Assembly: GCF_011602085.1 (NCBI RefSeq)
Contig: NZ_JAAONY010000004.1
Coordinates: forward strand, 93,472 to 157,471
Reading direction: 5' to 3'
DNA length: 64,000 bases
From: Pseudoteredinibacter isoporae
GTDB lineage: Bacteria; Pseudomonadota; Gammaproteobacteria; Pseudomonadales; Cellvibrionaceae
The notes beneath the pieces are model-generated. The model was not told the origin of the DNA and did no database searches. It worked only from the letters and a program-made list of their open reading frames with translations. Made by a program: the position numbers and the translations under genes. Each line of letters starts with the position of its first letter. Position 1 is the first letter of the stretch. Below, in pieces: positions 18,430-28,196 of this stretch.

Positions 18430-20364
18430 ATGAGCCATAAAAAAAATCTAAGCGCGTTTATTCTCTGGGTACTGCTGATCGTGATGTCCGGCTTATCGCA
18501 GTCCTCGTTGGCGGAGTCCCTTCAAAGCCTGTTGCAGACATTGGATCAGAAGCATTTTCTGATGAGGTCGAATGCGGAAACCAAAGACAAGCTTGAGTCT
18601 CATCTGGATCACCTCGACGATTATCCGCCGCTGTTGCAAGCTCAGTTTTATTTGCATTATCAGGAAGCCCTGACGCACACCGAAAAGTTTGAGGATTCCA
18701 TAGAAGTCAGGAAGCAATTACTGGATATTGCGAAACGAGAATCGCTTCCCGCTTCCTATCTTCGCTACAGCAAGATGCTTTTGGGATTGTCTTATGCGAA
18801 TCTCTCCAGAGGCGAAGAATCGAAATCCACACTGGAGAGTGTGATTCAGGAGTCCATTGAAGCGGATGACTTTCAAGTCGCCTTTCACAGCTTCTTAACC
18901 CTTGGTGATGTGTACTCATTCCAGAAGAATTTCCCTCTGACTTTTTCCAGTTACAAGCGGGCGCAGTCGATTCTTATCCGGGAATTGTTGCCCGCAGAAA
19001 GTGGGAATCACGCCTTTTTCCTGCAAGCTGAGATGAACTACCGAATCGGGTATGTCTATCGGCATATGTGGCGCGATAAAGAGTCGATTTCGTATTTGAA
19101 GTCGGCATTAAAATTCGATCGTCTGATCAAAAACTCCAGAAACGTCAAATACGATTTGAATCAGATTGCAGACGCTTATTTTCGTTTGGGGGAGATACGT
19201 GAAGCGGAAAAGTACCTGCTAATGCTGGAGGCGGAGTTCAGAAAGGCCGGTGTGAATAACGATGGTCGACTGCTGGGCTTTGCCAGTTCAATGATCCGAC
19301 TGAAGGTTAAGCAGGGCGAACTTGAACAGGCCAGGAAGTACATCGAGATTGCCACTTCTGTTGAAAACGAGGTTCAGGCGGTTGCCAGCAAGCTGACGTA
19401 TTATCTGGCCTATGCGGATTACGCAAACGCTGATGGAAAATACGAAGAGGCCATAGCCAAATGTAAGTTAGTGGAGCTTGCGACCCGTGAGCAGGAATGG
19501 AGTGAATATCGTCATCTGGCGCTTAAACTGGATGCGGAAGCAAACTTTGCCCTGGGGCGTTACAAAGAGTCAGCGATCTCTTTCCAAAAGGTGCATCAGT
19601 CATACCTTAAGCGGAGTGATCATATACGCATGATGGCGGCCGAAGTTGAGCGTGCCAGATTTGATTTTGAATCTGAAGCGATGAAAGTCGAGCGCCTGAT
19701 ACAGGATAATCATATGACCGAGCTGGCACTGCAATCAGAGCGCGATAAACTCAGAGTGCTGGTTCTCATTATCAGCCTGTCGCTACTGTTGATTTGTTCT
19801 CTGGTCGCCATGGTGCTTTACGCCTCTCGAAATGGGAAGAAGCTCAAATTCCTGGCGAACTACGATGGTTTGACGGGGGTGCTGAATCGACGAGCGATTA
19901 TTGAGTACGGTGAAAAGATTGCCAGAACCCACGGTGGTCTTTCCCTGTTGTTGATTGATGTGGATCATTTCAAAAGCATCAACGACAATTTTGGTCATGC
20001 CAAGGGCGATCGAGTGTTGCAATATATCGCCCTGATGGCCTCTGAGTTTTGCAGCAACGAAGTGAACTTCGGACGCCTTGGTGGTGAAGAGTTTCTGTTT
20101 GTGATTCATGGAATGTCGATCAATGAAACACTCAAGCTTGCCGATACTTTTTCCAATAATTTGAAATCCAAGCCCATTGACGGGATTCCGGCTCCGACAG
20201 TCAGTATTGGCTATGCTCATCAGGAAGAGGGTGGTGAGTTCAATACATTGCTGGAAAGGGCCGATGAGGCTTTGTATCAAGCCAAGAGCGGCGGCCGGGA
20301 CTGTGTTGTACAGCATCGGCCGCAGCTGGAAGATCAGGAATCCAAGGTGCTGCTGAGAGCCTGA
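18430..20364 (+). CDS. Diguanylate cyclase: signal peptide, periplasmic TPR-like sensor, TM, GGDEF (GGEEF)
   Basis: ATG at 18430. Signal peptide MSHKKNLSAFILWVLLIVMSGLSQSSLA. TM LVLIISLSLLLICSLVAMVLY. GGDEF features YDGLTGVLNRRAI, DHFKSINDNFGHAKGD and the RLGGEEFLFVI active site. Confidence 0.85.
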   Translation: MSHKKNLSAFILWVLLIVMSGLSQSSLAESLQSLLQTLDQKHFLMRSNAETKDKLESHLDHLDDYPPLLQAQFYLHYQEALTHTEKFEDSIEVRKQLLDIAKRESLPASYLRYSKMLLGLSYANLSRGEESKSTLESVIQESIEADDFQVAFHSFLTLGDVYSFQKNFPLTFSSYKRAQSILIRELLPAESGNHAFFLQAEMNYRIGYVYRHMWRDKESISYLKSALKFDRLIKNSRNVKYDLNQIADAYFRLGEIREAEKYLLMLEAEFRKAGVNNDGRLLGFASSMIRLKVKQGELEQARKYIEIATSVENEVQAVASKLTYYLAYADYANADGKYEEAIAKCKLVELATREQEWSEYRHLALKLDAEANFALGRYKESAISFQKVHQSYLKRSDHIRMMAAEVERARFDFESEAMKVERLIQDNHMTELALQSERDKLRVLVLIISLSLLLICSLVAMVLYASRNGKKLKFLANYDGLTGVLNRRAIIEYGEKIARTHGGLSLLLIDVDHFKSINDNFGHAKGDRVLQYIALMASEFCSNEVNFGRLGGEEFLFVIHGMSINETLKLADTFSNNLKSKPIDGIPAPTVSIGYAHQEEGGEFNTLLERADEALYQAKSGGRDCVVQHRPQLEDQESKVLLRA

Positions 20365-21956
20365 GGGCTTTCAGTGCGTTGTTTGGCATTTGCTCTCTGT
20401 GTGGAAGTTGCCGCGTCGGGCCGTTGCTTTAATGCCATGAGACAAAAGGCAGTAACGAATACGCAAGCTACGAGGTCAACCCAGATACTGTGATCACCAT
20501 GATTCCAACCCAATAAACCCAGTGCCGACAGCAGACTGGCAAGCGGGATCAAAGCCGTTACGGCGGCACAGAAATACAACAGGTTTCGCGCATTCTTTTT
20601 AGCGTCGCTCCGCTTCAAAAATGCCCAGACTACACAGACAAAGAACAGCAGATAATACAAGCCGTTGTACTGTGCCGGTACGTTCATGATCGCGCCCGGT
20701 GCCAGCTTGGCCATGGCGACAACCGCTGAAATGCCCGCGATACAACCGAGGCTCACGCCCACGCTTAATTGATAGAGAAAGTGATCAGAGCGAAAGCCAC
20801 TCTTCTTGCGATTCTGTTTCCGTTTGGCTTCAATCCATAACAGATTGCCGCTGTAGAACAGGAAGGCACCGGCCAGACCGAGAAAGAAATACAGCCATTG
20901 GGTAATGGCGCCGCCATAGTTACCAAAATGCAAGGCGAAGAAGCTGCTGACGGTTGCTTGTAACACTTCTTGCTGCCCGGGCATGTATTCAGTTGAAAGA
21001 ATCTCTCCGGTATAAGCGTCGAGGCTGACTAAACCGTGGCGCGGGCGACTGGCGTGATGCTTTGGATCTTTACCCATAACAAACAACATTTGCTTGGGCT
21101 TGGGGCCACGGGTTTGGCGGTAGTTCAGAATGTCGGGGCTGAATTCCGGTGCAGAGCTTTCCAGTTTGCCGATCAGTTTTTCGACCGGGTAGAAGGGCGC
21201 ATTCTCGCTGGGAGGGCTGACGGCTGGAGGCCCCTCAAGGGGCACTTTCTTATCGGCGTGTATGCTGACCATCTGGGTACCGTAGAATGGATCGTGCAGT
21301 GCGAAGACGACAGCCGTCAGAGCCATGATGATATGAAAGGGCAGGCTGAAAACCCCCAGCAGGTTATGCACATCCAGCCACATACGTTTTACTTTTCCAC
21401 CCAAGCGAAGCGCGAACAAATCTTTTACCAGAGTTGGCAGTAAAATAATGACACCGGAGACAAGGGCAATCGCATAAAGCGCCGAAACGATGCCTGTGAT
21501 GGGCATGGCCAACTCATGGTCAATCAGAATGCCGACTTGCTGGTGCAGAGTGTCGATCAGTTGTGCTACCGGGGAAGCTTGCTCCTTGCGGATCAGCAGC
21601 TCACCTTCGGTACTCAGGTCGGCGTAAAAATGCGTTGGCAATGCGTGATCATCGGCACCCGGCTCGCGTTCCTCCCAGTGCATTCTTCCCGGTCTGTCAG
21701 GGCTGCTTTGCAGAACAATATTGAAATTTCTTCCAGCCGAAGGATGCTCGGTAATCACCCGGTCGATTAAGGTTTGGGTTTTTTCTATGGGGGTGATATG
21801 TGACGGTTTCAAAGGTGGCGAGGCCCAGCGCTGAATGCTTTCTTCAAACATGGACAGCGCCCCGGCATAAAAGGCGATAAACAAAAACAGGCCACAGAGT
21901 ATGCCCACCCAGCTGTGCACTTCACGGTATACACGAACGATATCGTTGCGAATCAT
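20334..21956 (-). CDS. PepSY-associated TM-helix protein, FoxB/FpvG-like putative ferri-siderophore reductase
   Basis: 540 aa. YREVHSWVGILCGLFLFIAFYAGA... plus repeated DVHNLLGVF-type motifs. ATG at 21956. Last gene of the receptor-DUF3649-DUF3325-PepSY operon. Its 3' end overlaps the convergent GGDEF gene by 31 bp. Confidence 0.8.
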   Translation of the reverse strand: MIRNDIVRVYREVHSWVGILCGLFLFIAFYAGALSMFEESIQRWASPPLKPSHITPIEKTQTLIDRVITEHPSAGRNFNIVLQSSPDRPGRMHWEEREPGADDHALPTHFYADLSTEGELLIRKEQASPVAQLIDTLHQQVGILIDHELAMPITGIVSALYAIALVSGVIILLPTLVKDLFALRLGGKVKRMWLDVHNLLGVFSLPFHIIMALTAVVFALHDPFYGTQMVSIHADKKVPLEGPPAVSPPSENAPFYPVEKLIGKLESSAPEFSPDILNYRQTRGPKPKQMLFVMGKDPKHHASRPRHGLVSLDAYTGEILSTEYMPGQQEVLQATVSSFFALHFGNYGGAITQWLYFFLGLAGAFLFYSGNLLWIEAKRKQNRKKSGFRSDHFLYQLSVGVSLGCIAGISAVVAMAKLAPGAIMNVPAQYNGLYYLLFFVCVVWAFLKRSDAKKNARNLLYFCAAVTALIPLASLLSALGLLGWNHGDHSIWVDLVACVFVTAFCLMALKQRPDAATSTQRANAKQRTESPQALSSTLDS

Positions 21957-21990
21957 TGTTTTATCTTTTTAATGTTGATTTGGGAAATAC

Positions 21991-22290
21991 TTACCAAGGC
22001 CAAATGATCGGCCAGATCAGAAAATTGGCAGCGCCCAGATATAACCAGGCCTGCAAACCACTGCGAAAAACGAAACAACTGCTGAGAATCAGCACCCATA
22101 TCGGGGCAATGATCCACATAAGAAACTGCCCCTGGACGGAAAAGACCGCGACGGGACCAAAGACAAACTCCATCAGTAAGCCGGTTAGGGCAATCGTGAG
22201 GGTAAATCCCAAAATAATGGCGGCACTGAGCTTGGCCAGCCATTGTTTATTGCTGTAGCGAAACTTCACCAGGCTTTTTTGTTCACTCAT
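21991..22290 (-). CDS. DUF3325-family small membrane protein
   Basis: 99 aa with 3 TM. ATG at 22290. Sits in the conserved position between the DUF3649 and PepSY genes. Confidence 0.55.
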   Translation of the reverse strand: MSEQKSLVKFRYSNKQWLAKLSAAIILGFTLTIALTGLLMEFVFGPVAVFSVQGQFLMWIIAPIWVLILSSCFVFRSGLQAWLYLGAANFLIWPIIWPW

Positions 22291-22293
22291 GTG

Positions 22294-22563
22294 TCATCCC
22301 TCTCGCTTTAGGTAGGCGATCAGTAACGGTCCCAATGTGAGAACGAACATCATCAGGGTCAGCAGCAGAAAAATAGCCGCCGGCGTACCCATAAACTGCA
22401 ACAGACTGATCAGTGCCAGAATCGACAGAAGCAGGCCGGAAACGTTCAAGCCGCGTGTGGACACAGCGTGTTTTCTCAGCTGCTGGTTCGGGCTGGCAAG
22501 GTAGAAACAAAAACCTGCCAGCAGGCATAACCCGCTGGCAGTAAGGAGGAGAATCAAATTCAT
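22294..22563 (-). CDS. DUF3649-family small membrane protein
   Basis: 89 aa with 3 TM (MNLILLLTASGLCLLAGFCFYLASP...). ATG at 22563. Immediately follows the TonB-dependent receptor. Confidence 0.55.
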   Translation of the reverse strand: MNLILLLTASGLCLLAGFCFYLASPNQQLRKHAVSTRGLNVSGLLLSILALISLLQFMGTPAAIFLLLTLMMFVLTLGPLLIAYLKREG

Positions 22564-22571
22564 AGTGTGCG

Positions 22572-24632
22572 CTATTTAAAGTTATAGGTCAGCGAGACTC
22601 CGACATTTCGAGGCTGAACAACCGCGACATAACCTTCAGGGTAGCGTCGGCTTGCGGGTTCGGCCGAGGTGAAGGCTTGTTTGTCAAAAACATTGTTAAC
22701 AAATGCGGCGATGGTCGAGTTATTCAATTCATAACTGGCGTTCACACGGGCCAGACCATAGTTGCCCGCCTTGCGCGCTTCGGTATTTTCAATATCACCA
22801 AAGTACTCGGCTACGTATTTGTAGGAAGCGCCGACATTGAAGTTGTCGCCAAACCAGTATTTTGCAGAAACATTTGCACTGATGTCCGGAGCAGAATTCA
22901 GTTCGTTTCCAGTTGCGGATGCGTACTGAGCGCCAGCATCCTTGATCTCGGTTTTCAGCAGGCCAATGCCGGCTTTTAATTCGAGATCCGTCACTGGACG
23001 GAATAGGGCTTCCAATTCGGCGCCGTAGGTTACGGCCTGATCCATGTTCACAATAAACCGGGAAGAGCTTAGTGCCTGATAACCGTCGTAGTCGTTGTAG
23101 AACAGGTTGGCGGTCAGGTTGGCACGGCCATCCTCCGTGGAACTGCGCAGGCTCAATTCATAACTGTTAACGGTTTCTTCATCGTAGTAATAGTATTCCT
23201 GGGCACGGAAATTCAAGGCACCACCGGCAGCGTTGTAACCGCGACGAGCGCTGAAGGACAAGGTACTGTTGTTGCTCAGGTCATACTGCAAGGCCAGTTT
23301 TGGCAAAAAGATGGTTTTGTTGGTATCCAGCTTGGCAACAATTGGCAGGTAGGTGAAGTCACGTGTCTGAGATTCTCTTTCCAGTCGACCACCGAGGGTC
23401 AGACGGAAGCCATCGCTGATGGCAAAATCCACTTCACCGTACACGGAAGCAGAATCACTTTCGTCATCACCGAAATAGGCGAAGGCACCGGCGCTCAGAA
23501 TATCCTGTTCGCGTTCAAAGTACGCCAGGCCAATAAAACCGTTGATGTCATCGTTGTTGTTGCCGAAGTTCAACTTGGCATCGACGCTGAGGCTATTTTG
23601 ATCAAAGCTCAGCTGCTGCTGGCGAGCTGGATTCGCTTCATAGGAATCAAATCCCCATTGATAATCCATATAGGCGATCAGCACATCGAAGCTCATGCTG
23701 TCATTGATGCGCGCGTCAAATTTGAGGCTGGTGGTATCGGAATCGGTTTCGATATCACGGAAGAAAATTCGCTTGTATTCCCAGGGATTGATCGCCGAGT
23801 AAAATGCACGACCGGTATCACCCTGTTCGTTATTGCTGGAGTGCGTCAGCATGACACTGACATCCTCACTCATCTGCCACAATAATTTACCCTTGAGACG
23901 AGTGGTGTCGATCTCATTGAGTTTGTAGGGTGGTGGGTTGCTGGCAAAGCCGGCGGTGTCGGTGATGGTTTCCGCATCCAGTTTTTGGGCGGTGAGGCGA
24001 AAGGCCAGAACATCGTCCACAATCGGGCCGGAAATCATGGCCGATGTATCGATGTAGTTCTCCTCGTTGCGGTAGCCTACACGGGCAGCACCTTCCCAAT
24101 CAAAACTCGGGTCAGCGGTTTTGATATAGATCGAGCCGCCAATACTGTTGCGGCCATTGGTGGTGGATTGTGGGCCCCGGTAAACCTCAATCTGCTCGAT
24201 ATCCCAGATACCGGAGTCGCCGGTCAGGTCTGCCACAAAGGGTTCAGCCACACCGTCGATCAAGGTGGAAACCCGAGCTTTCGCTCCACCTGAAATCGAG
24301 TTAAAACCACCAGCGGCTCCATTCCCTTTTACGCCGCGAATATCCGGTACGGCACCGGTCAGGGCGACAACATTGGCGACATCCGAAACCGCGTCGCTGA
24401 CAGTGAAGTACTTCATGCTGTTCAGCTCATCCTGGCTAATGACCGAAACCGAAGAGGTAGTCTCTTTCAGCGATTGTGTTTTTTTCTCACCGATAACCGT
24501 GATTTCTTCAAGCCAGCGTTCACCTTCGACCGGACGGTCGAGTGCTTCTTCGGCGTATGTGGCGTTAATTGTGAGGCTTAAGCTGAGCGCGGCGAGCGAG
24601 GTACAGCTGCGGATAGGGCGGATTTTACTCAT
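22572..24632 (-). CDS. TonB-dependent siderophore receptor
   Basis: ATG at 24632 (MSKIRPIRSCTSLAALSLSLTINATYAEE signal). Plug motifs, barrel, and C-terminal LTYNFK. The track ORF extends 84 codons further upstream (to 24884) across the promoter region and is rejected. Confidence 0.9.
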   Translation of the reverse strand: MSKIRPIRSCTSLAALSLSLTINATYAEEALDRPVEGERWLEEITVIGEKKTQSLKETTSSVSVISQDELNSMKYFTVSDAVSDVANVVALTGAVPDIRGVKGNGAAGGFNSISGGAKARVSTLIDGVAEPFVADLTGDSGIWDIEQIEVYRGPQSTTNGRNSIGGSIYIKTADPSFDWEGAARVGYRNEENYIDTSAMISGPIVDDVLAFRLTAQKLDAETITDTAGFASNPPPYKLNEIDTTRLKGKLLWQMSEDVSVMLTHSSNNEQGDTGRAFYSAINPWEYKRIFFRDIETDSDTTSLKFDARINDSMSFDVLIAYMDYQWGFDSYEANPARQQQLSFDQNSLSVDAKLNFGNNNDDINGFIGLAYFEREQDILSAGAFAYFGDDESDSASVYGEVDFAISDGFRLTLGGRLERESQTRDFTYLPIVAKLDTNKTIFLPKLALQYDLSNNSTLSFSARRGYNAAGGALNFRAQEYYYYDEETVNSYELSLRSSTEDGRANLTANLFYNDYDGYQALSSSRFIVNMDQAVTYGAELEALFRPVTDLELKAGIGLLKTEIKDAGAQYASATGNELNSAPDISANVSAKYWFGDNFNVGASYKYVAEYFGDIENTEARKAGNYGLARVNASYELNNSTIAAFVNNVFDKQAFTSAEPASRRYPEGYVAVVQPRNVGVSLTYNFK

Positions 24633-24670
24633 AACAGGGTCTTTTAATGGTATTGGACGATAGGGCGCAT

Positions 24671-24700
24671 CGATATAATGGGTATGAATAATGCGACTGA
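24671..24700. promoter_or_regulatory. Possible Fur-box-like GATAAT hexamer repeats in receptor/AraC divergent promoter
   Basis: cgatataatgggtatgaataatgcgac contains two GATAAT-like hexamers. It lies 40-70 bp upstream of the receptor ATG. Weak match. Confidence 0.3.
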
Positions 24701-24811
24701 TTCGTATTTGCGTAATTTGCTCGGCGGGCAGTATAATTTGCGTGGATGCGCAATTCCTTTGCGCAACAATCAAATGCCTTTGCTTAGCGAGCAATTTGCC
24801 AGGAGAGAACA

Positions 24812-25885
24812 TTGCCGGTATGTGAGCCCTCTTTGTCTTCCTATGTGAAGCAGCGTGAATCGACCTGGATGCAGTCACTGCCATGCCAGGAGGCTGACCG
24901 TGGTTCCAATGAGGAAGTGAAGATCCGGGTCAAGGATTTCCAGAAGCGCAACGGTGTGTCTGTGACTCTGGAGGATGACCGTGTTGGCCCGGAAGACACA
25001 TTGATCCGGGGCAAGTTTTTCAATAGCGATTTACGTACAGGCCTCAACCTGCGCTGCAGTAATACCCGCGAAGAACACGCCTTTACCTCGGATGCACAGC
25101 AGGGTTCGGGGCTGTCCTGTATCTTCTTTTTGCGCGGTTCGGTAGAGGTTGAGATTGGGGATTGTCAGTTTGACCTCAAGCCTAATCCCGGTTTTGGCGG
25201 AATCAGCGCGACCGGTGTTTTAAAGCGCGAGCCGCAGCCCTTTAAGCGCGTAACCAAGCAAGCTCAGTATGTTCGCCATCTGGTGGTTTCGGCCAGTCCG
25301 GATTGGTTGTCCAGCAGTGGTTTTGAGCAACGTCTTGGGCCACGTTTGCAGCAGATTTTGAAGCAACAAAATATGGCGTCCAATCAATGGCAGCCAAGCC
25401 ATCGTTTGAATCATTTGATCAATGATATTTTCAGCCCCTCCCTGGTTTTGCCGGAGTTGTTGGATTTGCATTTGGAAGCGCGGACCATAGATATTGTCAG
25501 TGAGACTCTAACAGCAATGCTGTTGTCCTCTGGGGATGTATCGTCGGAACTGAGTCTTGGGCGTCACGATAATATCCGTCTACAGCGAGCCCGTGAATTT
25601 ATTCTCGCCGATCCATCATGTGAGCTGAGTGTTGAACTGATTGCGCGTGAGGCCGGTGTGAGTGCCAGTGGTCTGCAACGGCTTTTCCAGCGGGTTGAAA
25701 GTTGCAGTGTATTTGATTACGTGCGCCGGGTGCGATTGGATATGGCCCATGATCGATTGCAACGTGGCCACTGCAGTGTGCAGGAAGCCAGCATGATGGC
25801 CGGCTATAAAAGTGCGGCCAATTTCGCCACGGCTTTCAAGCGCCGTTTCGGTAAAACCCCCAGACAAATTCTGCATAAGGCCTGA
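24812..25885 (+). CDS. AraC-family transcriptional regulator (PchR/siderophore-responsive type), divergent from receptor
   Basis: C-terminal AraC HTH (ELSVELIAREAGVSASGLQRLFQ...AGYKSAANFATAFKRRFGKTPRQ). TTG at 24812 has AGGAGA 5 nt upstream; an alternative ATG lies at 24869. Confidence 0.8.
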   Translation: MPVCEPSLSSYVKQRESTWMQSLPCQEADRGSNEEVKIRVKDFQKRNGVSVTLEDDRVGPEDTLIRGKFFNSDLRTGLNLRCSNTREEHAFTSDAQQGSGLSCIFFLRGSVEVEIGDCQFDLKPNPGFGGISATGVLKREPQPFKRVTKQAQYVRHLVVSASPDWLSSSGFEQRLGPRLQQILKQQNMASNQWQPSHRLNHLINDIFSPSLVLPELLDLHLEARTIDIVSETLTAMLLSSGDVSSELSLGRHDNIRLQRAREFILADPSCELSVELIAREAGVSASGLQRLFQRVESCSVFDYVRRVRLDMAHDRLQRGHCSVQEASMMAGYKSAANFATAFKRRFGKTPRQILHKA

Positions 25886-25920
25886 TTTTTTGCGACTGAG
25901 GGCTTGAGGTGAGTGGGGGG

Positions 25921-26745
25921 TTATTCACCCGGCTGCTGATAGCTGACCAATACTGATCCCAGGCGATACTTAAGTTGCGGGTTCACGAAAAACAGCACCT
26001 TTAACCACCAGAGCAATTTGCTGCCGTCATCAAACAGATTTTGAACCTTCTGGATATCGGCGTCAGGAAGATAACTCTGAATACTTTTTCTCGGATTGCG
26101 CATGCCATGGCGAAATGGGCTGTTGGCGCCAACAGCTTTCACTGAAGGGTGCACCTTGCCTTTGGCCTGGTCGCCAATCACTTCAATACAGGCTTGGTGT
26201 TTGGGGAAGTGTGCACTGAATGCTTTCAGGAAATTCTCCACAACCGTTTCTTCAAAGTACATGAAGGTACCTTCACTGATCAACAGCAACGATTGTTCCG
26301 GGTGAAGTTTAATTTGCTCGAACCAACTGAAGTCATCAATGCCGCCAATCAGCTCGTGACTGTTTTCCTTTGCTTCCAGAAAATCCCGGCGCAGGCTGTG
26401 GGTGTCCTTAACGTCAACATTATACCAACTGACTTTATGGTCACCGAGACGGTAGCTGCGGTAATCCAGGCCGCAGCCTAAATTGATAATGACCGGGTAA
26501 TCATGCTTTGCAATAAAGGTTTTGATTTCCTCATCGAACAACCGTGTGCGCGTTGCGACTCCATGGAACATCATGCTTTGATAGCTCAGGGGCATCTTGT
26601 CCAGATCGGCAAAATCCACACTTTCATCAAGTAGGAGTTTGGCCGCAAAAGTATCCTGACACTCTTCAATATTATTAACGGTTGCGTGACCGCGTGCCCA
26701 AAGAGGAATGAGCAAGGTCTTGGGTATATCGTTAAGCGTTTGCAT
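25921..26745 (-). CDS. Class I SAM-dependent methyltransferase (TcmP/LCM-like O-methyltransferase family)
   Basis: LLIPLWARG, INLGCGLDYRSY and NVDVKDT motifs. ATG 26745 has AAGGAG upstream. Downstream partner of fumC. Confidence 0.65.
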   Translation of the reverse strand: MQTLNDIPKTLLIPLWARGHATVNNIEECQDTFAAKLLLDESVDFADLDKMPLSYQSMMFHGVATRTRLFDEEIKTFIAKHDYPVIINLGCGLDYRSYRLGDHKVSWYNVDVKDTHSLRRDFLEAKENSHELIGGIDDFSWFEQIKLHPEQSLLLISEGTFMYFEETVVENFLKAFSAHFPKHQACIEVIGDQAKGKVHPSVKAVGANSPFRHGMRNPRKSIQSYLPDADIQKVQNLFDDGSKLLWWLKVLFFVNPQLKYRLGSVLVSYQQPGE

Positions 26746-26809
26746 GATGTTGGCTCCTTTTGAAGGATGAAGCCCCATACCCAATAGACTGGGTGCAGGG
26801 CCATAGGGT

Positions 26810-28183
26810 TTAAGCCAGAGTGAGTTTCGCCGGGTCTAATAAATCCAGCAGTTCCTCTCGGCTCAGATCGGTGTTTTCTTCCGCGACATCAATCACCGGG
26901 CGACCTTCTTTATAGGCTTGCTTGGCAATATCGGCGGCTTTGAGATAACCGATGATTGGGTTCAGCGCGGTCACCAGAATCGGGTTGCGTGACAGGGCTT
27001 CTTGCAGTTTGGCGTCGTTTACTTTGAAGCTGCTGATCGCTTTGTCAGCCAGCAAGCGGCTGCTGTTGCTCAGCAGGGTCAAACTTTGCAACAGGTTTTG
27101 AGCAACCAGTGGCAACATGACGTTCAGCTCAAAATTACCCGACTGGCCCGCCACGGTAATGGCGGCATCATTGCCGATAACCTGTGCTGCAACCATAGCC
27201 GTTGCCTCGGGAATTACGGGGTTAACCTTGCCTGGCATGATGGAAGAACCCGGTTGCAAGGCCTCCAGTTCGATTTCTCCCAATCCTGCTAGTGGCCCAG
27301 AGTTCATCCAGCGCAAATCGTTGGCGATTTTCAGCAGCGAAACGGCGGTTGTTTTCAGCTGCCCTGACAGCGCGACCGCGATATCCTGTGAGCCGATATG
27401 AGCAAAAAAGTTTTCGGCTGGTGTAAATTTAATGTCCAGGCGGGCACTTAATTCCTTCGCAAAAGTGTCGGCGAATTCCGGATGGGCATTGATGCCGGTG
27501 CCAACCGCTGTGCCGCCTTGGGCGAGGCTTTGAAGCTGTATTTGTTGAGCTTTTAATTGCGCAATGTTCTGTTCAATCTGAGTGGCCCAACTGTTCAGGC
27601 TTTGGCTCATGCGAACGGGCATGGCGTCCATCAAGTGGGTACGGCCGGTTTTAACGTGCTCGTGAACCTGCTCTGCCTTTATGCGAGTGATGCTCGCCAA
27701 ATAATCCAGAGCGGGTATTAGTTCTTCGTGAAGACTGACAGCGGCACTGATATGAATCGTTGATGGAATAATGTCATTACTGCTTTGGCCGTAGTTCACA
27801 TGATCGTTTGGCGACACTTCCTCACCGCAAAGCTTGCTGGCGATGGTGGCCAGCACTTCGTTGGCGTTCATGTTGGAGCTGGTTCCCGAACCGGTTTGAA
27901 AAACATCAACGGGAAAGTGCTTCATAAGGTCACTGCTTATCAGCAATTGATCGGCGGCTTTAACGATGGCATCTGCGTGAGCATCACTGACAACACCCAG
28001 CTTTTTGTTGGCGAGTGCAGCGGCGGCTTTGGCGTTCAGCAGGGCGCGAATAAAATTTTCCGGCATGGCCTGGCCACTGATGGGAAAGTTGTTGATGGCC
28101 CTTTGGGTCTGGGCGCGGTACAGGGCTTCTTCCGGTACTTCCAGTTCGCCCATGCTGTCGCGTTCGATGCGGATGCTGCTCAT
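26810..28183 (-). CDS. fumC: Class II fumarate hydratase (FumC) / aspartase-fumarase superfamily
   Basis: GSSIMPGKVNP signature. N-terminus SIRIERDSMGELEVPEEALYRAQTQRAINNF is FumC-like. 457 aa. ATG 28183 has AGAGGA upstream. Confidence 0.75.
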   Translation of the reverse strand: MSSIRIERDSMGELEVPEEALYRAQTQRAINNFPISGQAMPENFIRALLNAKAAAALANKKLGVVSDAHADAIVKAADQLLISSDLMKHFPVDVFQTGSGTSSNMNANEVLATIASKLCGEEVSPNDHVNYGQSSNDIIPSTIHISAAVSLHEELIPALDYLASITRIKAEQVHEHVKTGRTHLMDAMPVRMSQSLNSWATQIEQNIAQLKAQQIQLQSLAQGGTAVGTGINAHPEFADTFAKELSARLDIKFTPAENFFAHIGSQDIAVALSGQLKTTAVSLLKIANDLRWMNSGPLAGLGEIELEALQPGSSIMPGKVNPVIPEATAMVAAQVIGNDAAITVAGQSGNFELNVMLPLVAQNLLQSLTLLSNSSRLLADKAISSFKVNDAKLQEALSRNPILVTALNPIIGYLKAADIAKQAYKEGRPVIDVAEENTDLSREELLDLLDPAKLTLA

Positions 28184-28196
28184 AATTTTCCTCTAA

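Noticed and set aside
24633-24884. Track-extended N-terminus (84 codons) of the siderophore receptor
   Set aside because: The extension lacks a signal peptide and overlaps the divergent promoter and Fur-like site. ATG 24632 gives a canonical signal peptide.
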